DNA from: Chitinophagia bacterium
GTDB taxonomy: Bacteria > Bacteroidota > Bacteroidia > Chitinophagales > Chitinophagaceae
DNA: 40,140 bases
Direction of reading: 5' to 3'
Assembly (NCBI GenBank): GCA_041303255.1
Contig: JBFYPP010000001.1
Location: 1-40,140, forward strand
How positions within the stretch are numbered: the stretch's first letter is position 1; each line of letters begins with the position of its first letter. The notes beneath the pieces are model-generated. The model was not told the DNA's origin. It saw only the letters and a list, made by a program, of their open reading frames with translations, and searched no databases. Position numbers and translations under genes: made by a program. Below, piece by piece: positions 36,066 to 40,140 of the stretch.

Positions 36066-36866
36066 TCAGTAGTTGCTAAAAAGTAGTGGATTGTTTTTTT
36101 CGTTTAACTCGATGCTTTCGAAACTCGATAGAATATCTACCCTGCCGCGTTTTACACAAACATCGTGCTCATAATGTGCGGAGAACTTACCGTCTTTGGT
36201 TCTAACTGTCCATCCATCGGCATCATAAATTACATCACGTGTGCCAACATTGGTCATGGGCTCAATTGCAATAACCATGTTTTCGCGCAACTTAGGACCT
36301 GCTCCTTTTTTACCATAGTTAGGCACTTGGGGATCTTCGTGCAATTGCTTTCCCAAACCATGTCCAACCAATTCACGCACTACTCCAAAATGATGTTTTC
36401 TTTCTGTAAAATCTTGTATTGCAAAGGAAATATCACCTACCCTATTTCCTGCGATGGCTTTTTCTAGACCAAGGTAAAGAGACTCCCTGGTTACGCGCAT
36501 CAAAAGCTGGTGCTCCTCAAGCACAGGAGAAAGTCCAAATGTATAGGCACTGTCACCATGGTACCCATTCTTATAAACCCCAACGTCGATCGAAACAAGA
36601 TCTCCTTCTTTTAATTCATTGTTGTTGGGGAAACCATGTACCACAGCGTCGTTTACTGAAATACAGGTTGCAAAGGGATATCCACGGTAATTCTTGAAAG
36701 AAGGTTCAGCTTTGTTGTCAAATATGTATTCTTCTGCTCGTTTATCCAACATGGCTGTTGTGATACCAGGCCTGAGAAGTGTTGCAAGCTCGGCAAGTGT
36801 ACTGCTTACCAAAAGAGCACTTTCACGGATCAGTTCAACCTCCGCATTGGTCTTGATCAGAATCAT
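36066..36866 (-). CDS. map: Methionine aminopeptidase type I
   Basis: CISVNDAVVHG, DVG, HGDSAYT, GHGLG..LHEDP, AIEPM, SAHYEH. Start at ATG 36866, immediately after secY. Confidence 0.97.
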   Translation of the reverse strand: MILIKTNAEVELIRESALLVSSTLAELATLLRPGITTAMLDKRAEEYIFDNKAEPSFKNYRGYPFATCISVNDAVVHGFPNNNELKEGDLVSIDVGVYKNGYHGDSAYTFGLSPVLEEHQLLMRVTRESLYLGLEKAIAGNRVGDISFAIQDFTERKHHFGVVRELVGHGLGKQLHEDPQVPNYGKKGAGPKLRENMVIAIEPMTNVGTRDVIYDADGWTVRTKDGKFSAHYEHDVCVKRGRVDILSSFESIELNEKNNPLLFSNY

Positions 36867-36867
36867 G

Positions 36868-38202
36868 TTAAATAGAAGTGGATGACGCAGTCTGTCTTCC
36901 CTGAATCCTGCCACCAGACATCAAGCCATCATATTGACGCATAAGAAGATGGGTCTCGATTTGCTGAAGTGTGTCTAACACAACACCTACCATGATAAGC
37001 AAAGAAGTTCCTCCAAAGAAAGATGCAAAAGATTGAGTTATACCAAATTGTTGTGCAATACCAGGGAGAATACCAATCAAGGCAAGAAATATGGCACCTG
37101 GGAGCGTAATGCGATCCATCACTTGCCCAATATAATCTGCTGTAGGTTGCCCAGGTTTTACGCCAGGAATAAATCCATTGTTTTGCTTTAAACTATCCGC
37201 CATCTGCTTTGGATTAAAAATCAAAGCCGTGTAAAGGAAAGTGAAAGCAATAACCATTACCACATAAATAAGCATATACCAAATATTGCTTGGGTCATTG
37301 AAGATTCTAGCAATACCTTTTCCAGATTCAATGTTGGTAAATGAGAAAAGGGTAGGCAAAAACATAATGGCTTGGGCAAAAATGATAGGCATTACACCAG
37401 AAGCATTTACTTTTAATGGGAGAAACTGTCTCTCACCACCTACGGCTCGGTTGCCAACCAATTGCTTTGCATAACTGATCGGTACTTTTCTAACGCCTTG
37501 TACCAAGAGAATGAGTCCAAGTATAATTACAATTAAGAAAGCGATTTCAATTAGAAACAACAATAGACCACCACCACCACGGGTTTGTTTGGCTGCAAAT
37601 TCACCCAAAAATGACTGAGGGAGACGAGCAAGGATACCCACCATGATAATGATAGATGTGCCATTACCCAATCCTTTATCTTGTATTTTTTCACCCAACC
37701 ACATTACAAACAAAGTGCCTGCAGTTAAAACGATTACAGTAGATATCCAGAAATAAGGTTGGTATGATTCGATAAGTGCATCGCGACTCACATTTCTAAG
37801 GTAGGCTACGTATGCAGCAGCTTGGAAAAGAGTAACAAGAGCAGTAAGGTATCTTGTCCACTGGTTGATTTTCTTCCTGCCACTATCTCCTTCCTTTTGT
37901 ACTTTTTGCATCTGAGGCACCAAAATGGTCATCAATTGCATAAAAATGGATGCAGAAATATAGGGCATAATACCCAGTGCAAAAATTGAAGCATTTGAGA
38001 AAGAACCACCTGCAAATGTATCGAACAAACCAAGTAATCCCGATTTAGCGCTTTGCAAATCAAGTTTGTTTGGGTCAATACCCGGAAGGGCTACGTGGGC
38101 ACCAAAACGGTACACAAGAATAAGCAAAAGAGTAACTCCAATTTTTGATTTTAGATCCTCTATGCTCCAGATGTTCTTAAGTGTTTGAATGAATTTCTTC
38201 AC
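36868..38202 (-). CDS. secY: Preprotein translocase subunit SecY
   Basis: SIFALGIMPYISASI, WLGEKI..GLGNG, ASGVMPIIFA, FIPGVKPG, GGTSLLI; GTG start. Confidence 0.98.
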   Translation of the reverse strand: MKKFIQTLKNIWSIEDLKSKIGVTLLLILVYRFGAHVALPGIDPNKLDLQSAKSGLLGLFDTFAGGSFSNASIFALGIMPYISASIFMQLMTILVPQMQKVQKEGDSGRKKINQWTRYLTALVTLFQAAAYVAYLRNVSRDALIESYQPYFWISTVIVLTAGTLFVMWLGEKIQDKGLGNGTSIIIMVGILARLPQSFLGEFAAKQTRGGGGLLLFLIEIAFLIVIILGLILLVQGVRKVPISYAKQLVGNRAVGGERQFLPLKVNASGVMPIIFAQAIMFLPTLFSFTNIESGKGIARIFNDPSNIWYMLIYVVMVIAFTFLYTALIFNPKQMADSLKQNNGFIPGVKPGQPTADYIGQVMDRITLPGAIFLALIGILPGIAQQFGITQSFASFFGGTSLLIMVGVVLDTLQQIETHLLMRQYDGLMSGGRIQGRQTASSTSI

Positions 38203-38256
38203 TGGTAACTTTTTAGTCCTTTATTCTGCACTGTGTTCGCAGTTAAATATCGGAAA

Positions 38257-38706
38257 TTATTTGATGATATCAACAGTTCCACCAGCTGCTTCAACAATTG
38301 TCTTGGCTTTTTCGCTGATGGCGTTCACTTTGAAATTAACCTTTGAAGTAATGGTTCCGTTACCCAAGATTTTAACCTTGTCGGTACGGTTTACCAAACT
38401 ATTGATATAAAGATTTTCCATGCTGAAATCAGTTATGCCGTATTTAGCAACCAATTCTTCAACTTGTCCGAGATTGAATACTTTGTACTCAACCCTATTG
38501 ATGTTTTTAAATCCAACTTTAGGGATACGTCTTTGGATAGGCATCTGACCGCCTTCATGGTGTCTTTTAGACTTGTAACCTGCACGGCTCTGTCCACCTT
38601 TATTACCTTTGGTAGAAGTTCCACCATGTCCGGATGCTTCACCACGTCCAATTCTTTTTTCTTTTTTTGTTGCGCCTTTTGCAGGTCTTAAAGTGTGTAA
38701 TTTCAT
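38257..38706 (-). CDS. rplO: 50S ribosomal protein uL15
   Basis: MKLHTLRPAKG, RIGRG, EGGQMPIQRRIPKVGF, VKILGNG. Confidence 0.97.
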   Translation of the reverse strand: MKLHTLRPAKGATKKEKRIGRGEASGHGGTSTKGNKGGQSRAGYKSKRHHEGGQMPIQRRIPKVGFKNINRVEYKVFNLGQVEELVAKYGITDFSMENLYINSLVNRTDKVKILGNGTITSKVNFKVNAISEKAKTIVEAAGGTVDIIK

Positions 38707-38782
38707 GATACTTTTTTTACTCAACGCAGTCCCCTAAGACCACTCGTAGATAATTAATTAAAAAAGACATTCAGGGAAATGC

Positions 38783-38962
38783 CTAGATTTCTTCCACCTT
38801 TACAAGGTGTTGGACTTTTTTGATCATGCCCAGAATTTGAGCAGTAGCTTCCACTTCAACTGTAGCGTTTACTTTACGCAAACCCAGTGCTTCCATGGTA
38901 CGCTTTTGACGTTCTGGACGATCAATAACACTTTTTACTTTTGTAATTTTTACCTTCTTCAT
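38783..38962 (-). CDS. rpmD: 50S ribosomal protein uL30 (absent from the ORF track)
   Basis: Manual translation [59 protein letters not shown]; lies between rpsE and rplO. Confidence 0.97.
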   Translation of the reverse strand: MKKVKITKVKSVIDRPERQKRTMEALGLRKVNATVEVEATAQILGMIKKVQHLVKVEEI

Positions 38963-39013
38963 ATTGAAACCCGCAGGGGATTTTTTGTTAATGGATATTT
39001 GCCTTGTGAGCGA

Positions 39014-39532
39014 TTAACCGTTGAAAACTCTTTTCAATCCGATGGTCCTTGTTTTGGAAATTTGAATAGGCTCACGAAGCATTGCAAGTGCTTTGAAAGT
39101 TGCTTTCACAACATTCTGTGGATTGGCAGAACCCAAAGATTTAGCCAACACGTCTGTGATTCCAACGCTTTCAAGAACTGAACGCATACTTCCTCCTGCG
39201 ATTACACCAGTACCGTGTGCAGCTGGCTTGATCAACACTTTAGAAGCACCCTCTTTTGCATACTGATCGTGCGGGATAGTTCCCTTCATCACTGGCACCT
39301 TGATCAGGTTCTTCTTCGCGTCTTCAATGCCCTTGGTTATGGCCTGTTGTACTTCCTTAGCCTTACCAAGTCCGTGACCAACTACACCCTGTTCGTTACC
39401 AACAACTACCAGTGCTGAAAAGCTAAATGCCCTACCACCTTTTGTTGTTTTCACAACACGATTGATAGAAACAACTTTCTCCTTCAACTCAAGATCTCCG
39501 GCTTTGACTTTGGTATAAATTACTTTTGACAT
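39014..39532 (-). CDS. rpsE: 30S ribosomal protein uS5
   Basis: [34 protein letters not shown]. Confidence 0.98.
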   Translation of the reverse strand: MSKVIYTKVKAGDLELKEKVVSINRVVKTTKGGRAFSFSALVVVGNEQGVVGHGLGKAKEVQQAITKGIEDAKKNLIKVPVMKGTIPHDQYAKEGASKVLIKPAAHGTGVIAGGSMRSVLESVGITDVLAKSLGSANPQNVVKATFKALAMLREPIQISKTRTIGLKRVFNG

Positions 39533-39562
39533 CTATTGATATATTAGTTTGAATGAAACAGA

Positions 39563-39916
39563 TTAGAACTTAAGACCTCCCTCACGTGCACCTTCAGCAA
39601 CAGCTTTGATTCTCCCGTGATAAAGGAAACCTCCGCGATCAAAAACACAAGATGCAAGACCCAATTCGACAGCTTTTTTAGCTACTGCCTCACCAACCAT
39701 CTTTGACTTTTCAGTCTTGGTACCTTTTTGTGCTGCAATATCTTTATCGCGAGATGATGCAGAAGCAAGGGTATTGCCGTTGACATCATCAATCATTTGT
39801 GCATAAATGTCTTTGTTGCTTCTGAATACGCTCAATCTTGGTAATTGTGCGGTTCCCGAAATTTTCTTACGGATCGTGTACTTGATCCTTTGTCTTCTTA
39901 ATGCTTTTACGTTCAT
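39563..39916 (-). CDS. rplR: 50S ribosomal protein uL18
   Basis: [38 protein letters not shown]. Confidence 0.98.
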   Translation of the reverse strand: MNVKALRRQRIKYTIRKKISGTAQLPRLSVFRSNKDIYAQMIDDVNGNTLASASSRDKDIAAQKGTKTEKSKMVGEAVAKKAVELGLASCVFDRGGFLYHGRIKAVAEGAREGGLKF

Positions 39917-39957
39917 TGCTTATAGTTTGTCCTGATGCTGCCAGGAGTTATTTAAAA

Positions 39958-40140
39958 TTATTTACCTGCTGCTTTACCTGCTTTACGACGGATGTATTCA
40001 CCCTTGTATTTCACACCTTTTCCTTTGTACGGTTCAGGCTTCCTTAATCCTCTAATTTTTGCAGCTACTTGTCCAACCAACTGCTTGTCGCTTCCTTCAA
40101 GAAAAATCCTAGGATTATCTCCTTTTTCTTGTGTGGTATG
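39958..40140 (-). CDS. rplF: 50S ribosomal protein uL6, C-terminal part (5' end outside the window)
   Basis: [43 protein letters not shown]. Confidence 0.97.
   Translation of the reverse strand, partial: HTTQEKGDNPRIFLEGSDKQLVGQVAAKIRGLRKPEPYKGKGVKYKGEYIRRKAGKAAGK

Noticed and set aside
36066-38202. Absence of adk between secY and map
   Set aside because: Ordinary for Bacteroidota.
38203-39957. Small hairpins in spc-operon spacers (e.g. TCCTG..CAGGA at 39930-39946)
   Set aside because: Short stems without U-tracts; I could not assign them to a known ribosomal-protein leader or distinguish them from chance.
1-40140. tRNA, rRNA, prophage, integrase, or defence/restriction systems
   Set aside because: No cloverleaf, rRNA-like segment or relevant protein motifs seen; nearly all sequence is accounted for by housekeeping CDSs.

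Overview
AT-rich, densely coded core-genome segment of a Bacteroidota bacterium. Chitinophagaceae-like affinity is my inference from protein resemblance and TAnnTTTG-type promoters. It holds about 45 housekeeping CDSs: cardiolipin synthase, rsmG, folC, an RsmF-like methyltransferase, three-gene pntAB, thyA-folA, pafA, a SulA/CfaT-like acyltransferase, ubiX, lolA-ftsK, aroK, glutaryl-CoA dehydrogenase, mgtE, a CryPro-type photolyase, rpsA, and the distal spc operon (rplF-rplR-rpsE-rpmD-rplO-secY-map). I saw no tRNA, rRNA, CRISPR array or mobile element. The best novelty candidate is a head-to-tail ~155-bp duplication at 18087-18393. Each unit looks like a self-contained minus-strand ~85-nt small RNA gene with its own intrinsic terminator and a core complementary to a start-codon context, and each overlaps an antisense 15-codon ORF. 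Other points of interest are a 28-bp back-to-back, probably leaderless promoter pair, a full Shine-Dalgarno sequence and hairpin on rpsA, an FNR/CRP-like box plus a gene relic, a photolyase lacking the Fe-S cysteines, and a break in the spc-alpha operon after map. All calls are by eye, without database searches.
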